From NCBI GenBank assembly GCA_040954595.2, contig CM082590.2:62001-126000 (forward strand): a stretch of DNA of 64,000 nucleotides, read 5' to 3'. A model generated the notes under the pieces. The model ran no database searches, was not told where the DNA came from, and was given only the letters and a program-made list of their open reading frames with translations. Made by a program: the position numbers and the translations under genes. Of this stretch, positions 23,395-37,663 are shown piece by piece (the stretch's first letter is position 1; the number at the start of each line of letters is the position of its first letter). The stretch comes from Balanoglossus misakiensis (lineage: Eukaryota > Animalia > Hemichordata).

Positions 23395-25412
23395 TATAGA
23401 TTGCCTGCCGTGATATCAAATCAAGGACCAGAATGTGAAAAGAGAGACGGCGCGAATGGTTAGCCAGGATCGGCCAAAACTTTGATCATAAGAACCTAGA
23501 CAACGTCCGGGTTTGTTCAAGTCATTTTTTTAGTGGTAAGTTTTACTGGAAACTTTTGAAACCTTGTTATATCACACACCGAATAAATGTTTCACAACTT
23601 GGCATCAACAATATTTACGGATTTGCATTTGGCCGCGACAAAAACACGCGAATCTGCAGATAACACAACTGAACTTACACTGGCAGCGAGCTGTCGTCGT
23701 CGGCCGGCGGCGGTATCGATAAACCGTACCGGTGATGCTTAGAGTCAGATATACTTTCTGTCGACTGAAAAAAACTTTACTTTATGAATTTTTACGGCTG
23801 TTTGAGGAGTCGCACTCATTTGGTAAAGGTCTCACAGCACTCTTTCTATAAAAAATTCTGTAAGTGTTTTGTTTACATTCGCGGGGTCAAACCAGGTCAG
23901 TTTCAATGCTGGGTTCGACAACGCGTAGGAACAATGCAAATTTACGCTGAAAATGATTACACTAAATTTAGGCCCCTGCCTGGAAGTGTGATACCTCGTT
24001 TTGTATTTTTTTTTTTAAAAATGTGTTGCCATACCCATTATCCAGAAATATCAGGAAATGGAATCAAATGCGCCCCTAGCATTAGCGGGTCAAAGGTCAT
24101 GCCATGTGAAAGGAGAACAAGTGTTCAAGATTTCTCTCTCTCTCTCTCCCCATATCCATCTCTCTCAACCCCCTGTCCCTTAGGTAAAAAGGCAGACTTG
24201 TACGATAGAAACAACCCAGATTGGGTTCCAACAGTTAATGTAGGGAAGAATACAGATAAGGCAGCTGAGGCTTTAGGCAGATACGATAGATTACAGACAA
24301 GAAAGAGGAAATTGGAGCAGAAAGAATATGAGCTAGAGGAAGCACAGAAACCCCCCAAACCCCAAAGTGACCCGAACAAATGTAGCCGTGAAACGCAAAC
24401 TGATCTCACTGGGTATATGTTGGACTGTATGACCAGTGAGCTGCAGGATTTGAGATCAGACAATCTTATATTGAAACAGAAACTGTCAGAACATGAAAGT
24501 CGATTTTCGGAGGCATATTTTGAAGGCGACGATGAGAAAGCGAAGTTTTTGACTGGGATATCTTCTTTTACTGTTTTAATTACATTATACAATTATATTG
24601 CACACTACTTGCCCCCTCGCACATCTCTCGACAAATTTCGAATGTTCATTATGACACTAATGAGGTTACGCTTTAATTTACCAATTCAGTTCTTGTCTTA
24701 TGAGTTTTCCGTTTCGTTATCTTCAGTTTCTAGAATTGTTAATATTGTAATTGATGTCATGTATGTAAGAATGAAACCGTTTGTCTTTTGGCCAGATCGA
24801 TTTACAGTAGTTTGCAGAAAACAATGCCCATGAAGTTTCGTAAATATTTTGGTAAAAAATGCATTGTGATAATCGATTGTTTTGAAATATTCATAGAAAG
24901 GTCATCAAATTTAAAAGCTCGGGCAGAAACATGGTCTTCTTATAAACACCACAACACAATTAAGTTTCTCATTGGAATCACTCCTCAAGGTACTGTCTCA
25001 TTTATATCCAGGGCTTGGGGTGGGCGGGCTAGTGACAAACATATTACTGAAAACAGTGGGATTCTAGATAATTTATTACCAGGGGATTTAATACTTGCTG
25101 ACAGAGCAAGGGTTTAATATTGAGGAGAGTGTGGGTTGCTTGTGTGCTCAAATGAAAATTCCTAGTTTTACAAAAGGTAAAAGTCAGTTGTCTGCTGTAG
25201 ATGTAGAAACAACAAGAAGAATTGCCAATGTTAGAATACATGTTGAAAGGGTTATTGGGATGGCAAGACAAAAGTATAATATTTTGGGTGGGACACTTCC
25301 TATTAATTTGTTTCTTTCCAAAGATGATGAGGGCAACACAATGATCGACAAAATTGTTCATGTCTGCTGTTCACTGATAAACCTGTGCGAATCTGTTGTT
25401 GATTTTAATTGA
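23395..25412 (+). mobile_element. ISL2EU/PIF-Harbinger-type transposase pseudogene (THAP + HTH_Tnp_4 + DDE_Tnp_4), copy 1
   Basis: THAP exon YRLPAVISNQG..RRREWLARI..VRVCSSHFFSG|gtaagt; exon 2 KKADLYDRNNPDWVPT; HTH LMRLRFNLPIQFLSYEFSVSLSSVSRI; catalytic motifs [11 protein letters not shown](R)GF and RIHVER. Frameshifts at ~23445, ~24805 and ~25106. Confidence 0.92.
23536..24183 (+). other. Phase-1 intron of the transposase gene (repeated in every unit)
   Basis: AGT G|gtaagt ... ctctctcaaccccctgtcccttag|GT AAA AAG rejoins SHFFSG-KKADLYD. The first ~133 aa of the 349-aa ORF are therefore intron read-through. Confidence 0.85.
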
Positions 25413-26277
25413 TTGATCACATTCCTGCCTGGTTGTGGTTGCATGTATTTATAGAAAAATGTATACTAGGTATGTGCAGAAAAATTAAACTGAGCTGTAA
25501 TATTAATGTATATACACATAAGAGTCATCAGAAACCAATGATAAGGTAATCTAATAAATAATTTCTTCACAAACAATAAGCATAGTGACATTTGTAAATC
25601 ATTGCTGACTAAAACATATTCTAAAAAATAACAAAGTCAGTCTGTAGTTGAATTAAATGAACAGGTGTCCATTTCATTGTAATTGCTTGTTTGAAGATAA
25701 ATTCATTCACAGAATATTCTCTCTGATGTCAATAAATACAGATTTTAGAAATATTGATCAATAAATAAGTTAAGTATTATAAATAGTGTAGTGACAATTT
25801 TATATATCATTATATGATTAATAAATTATTGACAAATGATTAATTGAAATTGTTAATCTATATTCCCCTTTTTATGCACACAGTATTTCATACTTTGGAT
25901 TGGCTAAGACTGAATCATATGGTATAGGGAAAAAAACAAATTACATGGTTGACAGAGTCTACATATTGCTCATTGTGAGGGAATATATAGACAGTAAACA
26001 CACACTAATTGCAACAGCACAATATCAGTTTTCCAAAATTCTATGAGTACGAAGTACTAGTACAGTTCTCATGAGACAATGTTATGACCCTGGACAAGAC
26101 ACTACATGGCCATAATAAAATAACACATGATGCACGATTTGTAGCCTGCCCCATGCAGAAGTTATTTTCACTCATGATGTGGAGTATTCTGTTGTACTTT
26201 CATTTGCTGTGCACATGAAAGTTCTGCTACAGAATACACCACATTACAAAAATAAACAAATCTGCAGTGACAAGATT

Positions 26278-26376
26278 CTATGTTGGTTTGCGTGTTGATG
26301 TCCTTGTGAAAAATTTACCCACAAATTCTGGCAAGATGGCACTAACAAAGAAGTACTTTGTACGTTCACAAATCAT
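26278..26376 (-). pseudogene. 3' fragment of the ISL2EU second ORF (YqaJ-type exonuclease), convergent with the transposase; also at 30351-30449 and 34437-34535
   Basis: MICERTKYFFVSAILPEFVGKFFTRTSTRKPT* matches the recalled post-YqaJ motif FF..xILPEL.GK.(F/Y)(T/S)R. It is cut at the unit junction. Confidence 0.7.
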
Positions 26377-27458
26377 TCCAGGTCTTAATTGTCAAGATTA
26401 GTTAAAAATATAACCCAAAATTTAAGCCTCCAGGGGAAATTTGGGCTCACAGAGGTTATTACTGAACATTTTGTAGAATTTCTCAAAATAAAAATCATCA
26501 TCTGACGGAATGTTTACATATCACAGAAATACCCTGAAATATACACTGAGTACACAATGTGCATTTCATTATGGTAATTATGTATGTTACTACTTTCAAA
26601 ACATTACATCATGTTTATTCTTTTTTCCCCACAGAACTGATGGTTTTGTAAACAACTGAGATAATGCTCGAGAAATAAACAGCTATTAAAACGATTCAAA
26701 CCCTGAACCATGGTGTCGACCCACCTACTATTATTACACACCGATTGAAAATTTTCAACGAAGGTCTAACCACTTACAAGTTACATTAACAGCGAAGCGG
26801 TCATCTCATTTGTAACCGTTATTGAAGTTTATATATTTGTTTCACAATGTTATTATTAAACAGGGGTAATTTTATCACTGAAAAAACAGTTTTGTTATAC
26901 GGTTATTTTGATCCGGAAAACAGAGATTTGAGCACACAACGGATTTCTACTGCGTTCACTCCAACACCGCAGGAGTGTGTTGTTGTCGAAGACGCGGACA
27001 AAACAGAAAATTATCGGAGCCAGGCCCCTTCGAACCCTATATTTCACGCTGTCGGAAGGTTGGACGGCTACGGCTATCTCAGCTCTGCTCGGCACGCTGT
27101 TGTTGGGTGCCCTAAACATATGCCCTACCCCTAGCGCTCGGCATGTAAACAATCACAACATGACTGTAAACATCATGCAAAAATACAATCTTACTGTCAT
27201 TTTCCTGTGGATTCAGTCTCCTCCTTGCACTTGTGTGGAGTTTAGGCAACCTATATTGAAACCACGGGCGCTTCTTGACCGGATTCGGTGAAAGTTTGAG
27301 GCAATTTCTGGCTGTACGCGTGACAGGCTCACAGTATCAACAAACAGTACACGTGTGGTGACAGGTCAAAGGTCAACATTAGGGATTCCCCGACCTTTAT
27401 CGCATCTAGTGCGCCCCTAGTGGTAGGACATAACGATTCTCTTTTTCTCTCGCAGTTA

Positions 27459-29485
27459 TATAGATTGCCTGCCGTGATATCAAATCAAGGACCAGAATGT
27501 GAAAAGAGAGACGGCGCGAATGGTTAGCCAGGATCGGCCAAAACTTTGATCATAAGAACCTAGACAACGTCCGGGTTTGTTCAAGTCATTTTTTTAGTGG
27601 TAAGTTTTACTGGAAACTTTTGAAACCTTGTTATATCACACACCGAATAAATGTTTCACAACTTGGCATCAACAATATTTACGGATTTGCATTTGGCCGC
27701 GACAAAAACACGCGAATCTGCAGATAACACAACTGAACTTACACTGGCAGCGAGCTGTCGTCGTCGGCCGGCGGCGGTATCGATAAACCGTACCGGTGAT
27801 GCTTAGAGTCAGATATACTTTCTGTCGACTGAAAAAAACTTTACTTTATGAATTTTTACGGCTGTTTGAGGAGTCGCACTCATTTGGTAAAGGTCTCACA
27901 GCACTCTTTCTATAAAAAATTCTGTAAGTGTTTTGTTTACATTCGCGGGGTCAAACCAGGTCAGTTTCAATGCTGGGTACGACAACGCGTAGGAACAATG
28001 CAAATTTACGCTGAAAATGATTACACTAAATTTAGGCCCCTGCCCGGAAGTGTGATACCTCGTTTTGTATTTTTTTTAAAAAAAATGTGTTGCCATACCC
28101 ATTATCCAGAAATATCAGGAAATGGAATCAAATGCGCCCCTAGCATTAGCGGGTCAAAGGTCATGCCATGTGAAAGGAGAACAAGTGTTCAAGATTTCTC
28201 TCTCTCTCTCTCTCCCCATATCCATCTCTCTCAACCCCCTGTCCCTTAGGTAAAAAGGCAGACTTGTACGATAGAAACAACCCAGATTGGGTTCCAACAG
28301 TTAATGTAGGGAAGAATACAGATAAGGCAGCTGAGGCTTTAGGCAGATACGATAGATTACACTTTACAGACAAGAAAGAGGAAATTGGAGCAGAAAGAAT
28401 ATGAGCTAGAGGAAGCACAGAAACCCCCCAAACCCCAAAGTGACCCGAACAAATGTAGCCGTGAAACGCAAACTGATCTCACTGGGTATATGTTGGACTG
28501 TATGACCAGTGAGCTGCAGGATTTGAGATCAGACAATCTTATATTGAAACAGAAACTGTCAGAACATGAAAGTCGATTTTCGGAGGCATATTTTGAAGGC
28601 GACGATGAGAAAGCGAAGTTTTTGACTGGGATATCTTCTTTTACTGTTTTAATTACATTATACAATTATATTGCACACTACTTGCCCCCTCGCACATCTC
28701 TCGACAAATTTCGAATGTTCATTATGACACTAATGAGGTTACGCTTTAATTTACCAATTCAGTTCTTGTCTTATGAGTTTTCCGTTTCGTTATCTTCAGT
28801 TTCTAGAATTGTTAATATTGTAATTGATGTCATGTATGTAAGAATGAAACCGTTTGTCTTTTGGCCAGATCGATTTACAGTAGTTTGCAGAAAACAATGC
28901 CCATGAAGTTTCGTAAATATTTTGGTAAAAAATGCATTGTGATAATCGATTGTTTTGAAATATTCATAGAAAGGTCATCAAATTTAAAAGCTCGGGCAGA
29001 AACATGGTCTTCTTATAAACACCACAACACAATTAAGTTTCTCATTGGAATCACTCCTCAAGGTACTGTCTCATTTATATCCAGGGCTTGGGGTGGGCGG
29101 GCTAGTGACAAACATATTACTGAAAACAGTGGGATTCTAGATAATTTATTACCAGGGGATTTAATACTTGCTGACAGAGCAAGGGTTTAATATTGAGGAG
29201 AGTGTGGGTTGCTTGTGTGCTCAAATGAAAATTCCTAGTTTTACAAAAGGTAAAAGTCAGTTGTCTGCTGTAGATGTAGAAACAACAAGAAGAATTGCCA
29301 ATGTTAGAATACATGTTGAAAGGGTTATTGGGATGGCAAGACAAAAGTATAATATTTTGGGTGGGACACTTCCTATTAATTTGTTTCTTTCCAAAGATGA
29401 TGAGGGCAACACAATGATCGACAAAATTGTTCATGTCTGCTGTTCACTGATAAACCTGTGCGAATCTGTTGTTGATTTTAATTGA
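27459..29485 (+). mobile_element. ISL2EU-type transposase pseudogene, copy 2
   Basis: Same as copy 1 plus a 7-bp insertion at 28361-28367. Confidence 0.92.
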
Positions 29486-31531
29486 TTGATCACATTCCTG
29501 CCTGGTTGTGGTTGCATGTATTTATAGAAAAATGTATACTAGGTATGTGCAGAAAAATTAAACTGAGCTGTAATATTAATGTATATACACATAAGAGTCA
29601 TCAGAAACCAATGATAAGGTAATCTAATAAATAATTTCTTCACAAACAATAAGCATAGTGACATTTGTAAATCATTGCTGACTAAAACATATTCTAAAAA
29701 ATAACAAAGTCAGTCTGTAGTTGAATTAAATGAACAGGTGTCCATTTCATTGTAATTGCTTGTTTGAAGATAAATTCATTCACAGAATATTCTCTCTGAT
29801 GTCAATAAATACAGATTTTAGAAATATTGATCAATAAATAAGTTAAGTATTATAAATAGTGTAGTGACAATTTTATATATCATTATATGATTAATAAATT
29901 ATTGACAAATGATTAATTGAAATTGTTAATCTATATTCCCCTTTTTATGCACACAGTATTTCATACTTTGGATTGGCTAAGACTGAATCATATGGTATAG
30001 GGAAAAAAACAAATTACATGGTTGACAGAGTCTACATATTGCTCATTGTGAGGGAATATATAGACAGTAAACACACACTAATTGCAACAGCACAATATCA
30101 GTTTTCCAAAATTCTATGAGTACGAAGTACTAGTACAGTTCTCATGAGACAATGTTATGACCCTAGACAAGACACTACATGGCCATAATAAAATAACACA
30201 TGATGCACGATTTGTAGCCTGCCCCATGCAGAAGTTATTTTCACTCATGATGTGGAGTATTCTGTTGTACTTTCATTTGCTGTGCACATGAAAGTTCTGC
30301 TACAGAATACACCACATTACAAAAATAAACAAATCTGCAGTGACAAGATTCTATGTTGGTTTGCGTGTTGATGTCCTTGTGAAAAATTTACCCACAAATT
30401 CTGGCAAGATGGCACTAACAAAGAAGTACTTTGTACGTTCACAAATCATTCCAGGTCTTAATTGTCAAGATTAGTTAAAAATACAACCCAAAATTTAAGC
30501 CTCCAGGGGAAATTTGGGCTCACAGAGGTTATTACTGAACATTTAGTAGAATTTCTCAAAATAAAAATCATCATCTGACGGAATGTTTACATATCACAGA
30601 AATACCCTGAAATATACACTGAGTACACAATGTGCATTTCATTATGGTAATTATGTATGTTACTACTTTCAAAACATTACATCATGTTTATTCTTTTTTC
30701 CCCACAGAACTGATGGTTTTGTAAACAACTGAGATAATGCTCGAGAAATAAACAGCTATTAAAACGATTCAAACCCTGAACCATGGTGTCGACCCACCTA
30801 CTATTATTACACACCGATTGAAAATTTTCAACGAAGGTCTAACCACTTACAAGTTACATTAACAGCGAAGCGGTCATCTCATTTGTAACCGTTATTGAAG
30901 TTTATATATTTGTTTCACAATGTTATTATTAAACAGGGGTAATTTTATCACTGAAAAAACAGTTTTGTTATACGGTTATTTTGATCCGGAAAACAGAGAT
31001 TTGAGCACACGACGGATTTCTACTGCGTTCACTCCAACACCGCAGGAGTGTGTTGTTGTCGAAGACGCGGACAAAACAGAAAATTATCGGAGCCAGGCCC
31101 CTTCGAACCCTATATTTCACGCTGTCGGAAGGTTGGACGGCTACGGCTATCTCAGCTCTGCTCGGCACGCTGTTGTTGGGTGCCCTAAACATATGCCCTA
31201 CCCCTAGCGCTCGGCATGTAAACAATCACAACATGACTGTAAACATCATGCAAAAATACAATCTTACTGTCATTTTCCTGTGGATTCAGTCTCCTCCTTG
31301 CACTTGTGTGGAGTTTAGACAACCTATATTGAAACCACGGGCGCTTCTTGACCGGATTCGGTGAAAGTTTGAGGCAATTTCTGGCTGTACGCGTGACAGG
31401 CTCACAGTATCAACAAACAGTACACGTGTGGTGACAGGTCAAAGGTCAACATTAGGGATTCCCCGACCTTTATCGCATCTAGTGCGCCCCTAGTGGTAGG
31501 ACATAACGATTCTCTTTTTCTCTCGCAGTTA

Positions 31532-33571
31532 TATAGATTGCCTGCCGTGATATCAAATCAAGGACCAGAATGTGAAAAGAGAGACGGCGCGAATGGTTAG
31601 CCAGGATCGGCCAAAACTTTGATCATAAGAACCTAGACAACGTCCGGGTTTGTTCAAGTCATTTTTTTAGTGGTAAGTTTTACTGGAAACTTTTGAAACC
31701 TTGTTATATCACACACCGAATAAATGTTTCACAACTTGGCATCAACAATATTTACGGATTTGCATTTGGCCGCGACAAAAACACGCGAATCTGCAGATAA
31801 CACAACTGAACTTACACTGGCAGCGAGCTGTCGTCGTCGGCCGGCGGCGGTATCGATAAACCGTACCGGTGATGCTTAGAGTCAGATATACTTGTTGGTC
31901 ACGGACATGCATTTCTGTCGACTGAAAAAAACTTTACTTTATGAATTTTTACGGCTGTTTGAGGAGTCGCACTCATTTGGTAAAGGTCTCACAGCACTCT
32001 TTCTATAAAAAATTCTGTAAGTGTTTTGTTTACATTCGCGGGGTCAAACCAGGTCAGTTTCAATGCTGGGTTCGACAACGCGTAGGAACAATGCAAATTT
32101 ACGCTGAAAATGATTACACTAAATTTAGGCCCCTGCCTGGAAGTGTGATACCTCGTTTTGTATTTTTTTTTTAAAAAATGTGTTGCCATACCCATTATCC
32201 AGAAATATCAGGAAATGGAATCAAATGCGCCCCTAGCATTAGCGGGTCAAAGGTCATGCCATGTGAAAGGAGAACAAGTGTTCAAGATTTCTCTCTCTCT
32301 CTCTCTCCCCATATCCATCTCTCTCAACCCCCTGTCCCTTAGGTAAAAAGGCAGACTTGTACGATAGAAACAACCCAGATTGGGTTCCAACAGTTAATGT
32401 AGGGAAGAATACAGATAAGGCAGCTGAGGCTTTAGGCAGATACGATAGATTACAGACAAGAAAGAGGAAATTGGAGCAGAAAGAATATGAGCTAGAGGAA
32501 GCACAGAAACCCCCCAAACCCCAAAGTGACCCGAACAAATGTAGCCGTGAAACGCAAACTGATCTCACTGGGTATATGTTGGACTGTATGACCAGTGAGC
32601 TGCACGATTTGAGATCAGACAATCTTATATTGAAACAGAAACTGTCAGAACATGAAAGTCGATTTTCGGAGGCATATTTTGAAGGCGACGATGAGAAAGC
32701 GAAGTTTTTGACTGGGATATCTTCTTTTACTGTTTTAATTACATTATACAATTATATTGCACACTACTTGCCCCCTCGCACATCTCTCGACAAATTTCGA
32801 ATGTTCATTATGACACTAATGAGGTTACGCTTTAATTTACCAATTCAGTTCTTGTCTTATGAGTTTTCCGTTTCGTTATCTTCAGTTTCTAGAATTGTTA
32901 ATATTGTAATTGATGTCATGTATGTAAGAATGAAACCGTTTGTCTTTTGGCCAGATCGATTTACAGTAGTTTGCAGAAAACAATGCCCATGAAGTTTCGT
33001 AAATATTTTGGTAAAAAATGCATTGTGATAATCGATTGTTTTGAAATATTCATAGAAAGGTCATCAAATTTAAAAGCTCGGGCAGAAACATGGTCTTCTT
33101 ATAAACACCACAACACAATTAAGTTTCTCATTGGAATCACTCCTCAAGGTACTGTCTCATTTATATCCAGGGCTTGGGGTGGGCGGGCTAGTGACAAACA
33201 TATTACTGAAAACAGTGGGATTCTAGATAATTTATTACCAGGGGATTTAATACTTGCTGACAGAGCAAGGGTTTAATATTGAGGAGAGTGTGGGTTGCTT
33301 GTGTGCTCAAATGAAAATTCCTAGTTTTACAAAAGGTAAAAGTCAGTTGTCTGCTGTAGATGTAGAAACAACAAGAAGAATTGCCAATGTTAGAATACAT
33401 GTTGAAAGGGTTATTGGGATGGCAAGACAAAAGTATAATATTTTGGGTGGGACACTTCCTATTAATTTGTTTCTTTCCAAAGATGACGAGGGCAACACAA
33501 TGATCGACAAAATTGTTCATGTCTGCTGTTCACTGATAAACCTGTGCGAATCTGTTGTTGATTTTAATTGA
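31532..33571 (+). mobile_element. ISL2EU-type transposase pseudogene, copy 3
   Basis: Same motifs and frameshifts; carries a 20-bp intron segment tgttggtcacggacatgcat. Confidence 0.92.
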
Positions 33572-35625
33572 TTGATCACATTCCTGCCTGGTTGTGGTTG
33601 CATGTATTTATAGAAAAATGTATACTAGGTATGTGCAGAAAAATTAAACTGAGCTGTAATATTAATGTATATACACATAAGAGTCATCAGAAACCAATGA
33701 TAAGGTAATCTAATAAATAATTTCTTCACAAACAATAAGCATAGTGACATTTGTAAATCATTGCTGACTAAAACATATTCTAAAAAATAACAAAGTCAGT
33801 CTGTAGTTGAATTAAATGAACAGGTGTCCATTTCATTGTAATTGCTTGTTTGAAGATAAATTCATTCACAGAATATTCTCTCTGATGTCAATAAATACAG
33901 ATTTTAGAAATATTGATCAATAAATAAGTTAAGTATTATAAATAGTGTAGTGACAATTTTATATATCATTATATGATTAATAAATTATTGACAAATGATT
34001 AATTGAAATTGTTAATCTATATTCCCCTTTTTATGCACACAGTATTTCATACTTTGGATTGGCTAAGACTGAATCATATGGTATAGGGAAAAAAACAAAT
34101 TACATGGTTGACAGAGTCTACATATTGCTCATTGTGAGGGAATATATAGACAGTAAACACACACTAATTGCAACAGCACAATATCAGTTTTCCAAAATTC
34201 TATGAGTACGAAGTACTAGTACAGTTCTCATGAGACAATGTTATGACCCTGGACAAGACACTACATGGCCATAATAAAATAACACATGATGCACGATTTG
34301 TAGCCTGCCCCATGCAGAAGTTATTTTCACTCATGATGTGGAGTATTCTGTTGTACTTTCATTTGCTGTGCACATGAAAGTTCTGCTACAGAATACACCA
34401 CATTACAAAAATAAACAAATCTGCAGTGACAAGATTCTATGTTGGTTTGCGTGTTGATGTCCTTGTGAAAAATTTACCCACAAATTCTGGCAAGATGGCA
34501 CTAACAAAGAAGTACTTTGTACGTTCACAAATCATTCCAGGTCTTATTTGTCAAGATTAGTTAAAAATATAACCCAAAATTTAAGCCTCCAGGGGAAATT
34601 TGGGCTCACAGAGGTTATTACTGAACATTTTGTAGAATTTCTCAAAATAAAAATCAATTAATCATCATCTGACGGAATGTTTACATATCACAGAAATACC
34701 CTGAAATATACACTGAGTACACAATGTGCATTTCATTATGGTAATTATGTATGTTACTACTTTCAAAACATTACATCATGTTTATTCTTTTTTCCCCACA
34801 GAACTGATGGTTTTGTAAACAACTGAGATAATGCTCGAGAAATAAACAGCTATTAAAACGATTCAAACCCTGAACCATGGTGTCGACCCACCTACTATTA
34901 TTACACACCGATTGAAAATTTTCAACGAAGGTCTAACCACTTACAAGTTACATTAACAGCGAAGCGGTCATCTCATTTGTAACCGTTATTGAAGTTTATA
35001 TATTTGTTTCACAATGTTATTATTAAACAGGGGTAATTTTATCACTGAAAAAACAGTTTTGTTATACGGTTATTTTGATCCGTAAAACAGAGATTTGAGC
35101 ACACGACGGATTTCTACTGCGTTCACTCCAACACCGCAGGAGTGTGTTGTTGTCGAAGACGCGGACAAAACAGAAAATTATCGGAGCCAGGCCCCTTCGA
35201 ACCCTATATTTCACGCTGTCGGAAGGTTGGACGGCTACGGCTATCTCAGCTCTGCTCGGCACGCTGTTGTTGGGTGCCCTAAACATATGCCCTACCCCTA
35301 GCGCTCGGCATGTAAACAATCACAACATGACTGTAAACATCATGCAAAAATACAATCTTACTGTCATTTTCCTGTGGATTCAGTCTCCTCCTTGCACTTG
35401 TGTGGAGTTTAGGCAACCTATATTGAAACCACGGGCGCTTCTTGACCGGATTCGGTGAAAGTTTGAGGCAATTTCTGGCTGTACGCGTGACAGGCTCACA
35501 GTATCAACAAACAGTACACGTGTGGTGACAGGTCAAAGGTCAACATTAGGGATTCCCCGACCTTTATCGCATCTAGTGCGCCCCTAGTGGTAGGACATAA
35601 CGATTCTCTTTTTCTCTCGCAGTTA

Positions 35626-37663
35626 TATAGATTGCCTGCCGTGATATCAAATCAAGGACCAGAATGTGAAAAGAGAGACGGCGCGAATGGTTAGCCAGGA
35701 TCGGCCAAAACTTTGATCATAAGAACCTAGACAACGTCCGGGTTTGTTCGAGTCATTTTTTTAGTGGTAAGTTTTACTGGAAACTTTTGAAACCTTGTTA
35801 TATCACACACCGAATAAATGTTTCACAACTTGGCATCAACAATATTTACGGATTTGCATTTGGCCGCGACAAAAACACGCGAATCTGCAGATAACACAAC
35901 TGAACTTACACTGGCAGCGAGCTGTCGTCGTCGGCCGGCGGCGGTATTGATAAACCGTACCGGTGATGCTTAGAGTCAGATATACTTGTTGGTCACGGAC
36001 ATGCATTTCTGTCGACTGAAAAAAACTTTACTTTATGAATTTTTACGGCTGTTTGAGGAGTCGCACTCATTTGGTAAAGGTCTCACAGCACTCTTTCTAT
36101 AAACAATTCTGTAAGTGTTTTGTTTACATTTGCGGGGTCAAACCAGGTCAGTTTCAATGCTGGGTTCGACAACGCTTAGGAACAATGCAAATTTACGCTG
36201 AAAATGATTACACTAAATTTAGGCCCCTGCCTGGAAGTGTGATACCTCGTTTTGTATTGTTTTTTAAAAAAATGTGTTGCCATACCCATTATCCAGAAAT
36301 ATCAGGAAATGGAATCAAATGCGCCCCTAGCATTAGCGGGTCAAAGGTCATGCCATGTGAAAGGAGAACAAGTGTTCAAGATTTCTCTCTCTCTCTCTCC
36401 CCATATCCATCTCTCTCAACCCCCTGTCCCTTAGGTAAAAAGGCAGACTTGTACGATAGAAACAACCCAGATTGGGTTCCAACAGTTAATGTAGGGAAGA
36501 ATACAGATAAGGCAGCTGAGGCTTTAGGCAGATACGATAGATTACAGACAAGAAAGAGGAAATTGGAGCAGAAAGAATATGAGCTAGAGGAAGCACAGAA
36601 ACCCCCCAAACCCCAAAGTGACCCGAACAAATGTAGCCGTGAAACGCAAACTGATCTCACTGGGTATATGTTGGACTGTATGACCAGTGAGCTGCAGGAT
36701 TTGAGATCAGACAATCTTATATTGAAACAGAAACTGTCAGAACATGAAAGTCGATTTTCGGAGGCATATTTTGAAGGCGACGATGAGAAAGCGAAGTTTT
36801 TGACTGGGATATCTTCTTTTACTGTTTTAATTACATTATACAATTATATTGCACACTACTTGCCCCCTCGCACATCTCTCGACAAATTTCGAATGTTCAT
36901 TATGACACTAATGAGGTTACGCTTTAATTTACCAATTCAGTTCTTGTCTTATGAGTTTTCCGTTTCGTTATCTTCAGTTTCTAGAATTGTTAATATTGTA
37001 ATTGATGTCATGTATGTAAGAATGAAACCGTTTGTCTTTTGGCCAGATCGATTTACAGTAGTTTGCAGAAAACAATGCCCATGAAGTTTCGTAAATATTT
37101 TGGTAAAAAATGCATTGTGATAATCGATTGTTTTGAAATATTCATAGAAAGGTCATCAAATTTAAAAGCTCGGGCAGAAACATGGTCTTCTTATAAACAC
37201 CACAACACAATTAAGTTTCTCATTGGAATCACTCCTCAAGGTACTGTCTCATTTATATCCAGGGCTTGGGGTGGGCGGGCTAGTGACAAACATATTACTG
37301 AAAACAGTGGGATTCTAGATAATTTATTACCAGGGGATTTAATACTTGCTGACAGAGCAAGGGTTTAATATTGAGGAGAGTGTGGGTTGCTTGTGTGCTC
37401 AAATGAAAATTCCTAGTTTTACAAAAGGTAAAAGTCAATTGTCTGCTGTAGATGTAGAAACAACAAGAAGAATTGCCAATGTTAGAATACATGTTGAAAG
37501 GGTTATTGGGATGGCAAGACAAAAGTATAATATTTTGGGTGGGACACTTCCTATTAATTTGTTTCTTTCCAAAGATGATGAGGGCAACACAATGATCGAC
37601 AAAATTGTTCATGTCTGCTGTTCACTGATAAACCTGTGCGAATCTGTTGTTGATTTTAATTGA
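35626..37663 (+). mobile_element. ISL2EU-type transposase pseudogene, copy 4
   Basis: Same motifs and frameshifts; shares private SNPs with copy 5. Confidence 0.92.

Noticed and set aside
23784-24183. N-terminal ~133 aa of the 349/385-aa ORFs as real protein
   Set aside because: This stretch lies within a GT-AG intron, and its frame varies freely with microsatellite and homopolymer length between copies.
24800-25115. Programmed frameshifting to express the split transposase
   Set aside because: The breaks are explained by discrete 5-bp and 4-bp insertions, and copy 5 lacks one of them. No slippery-site context.
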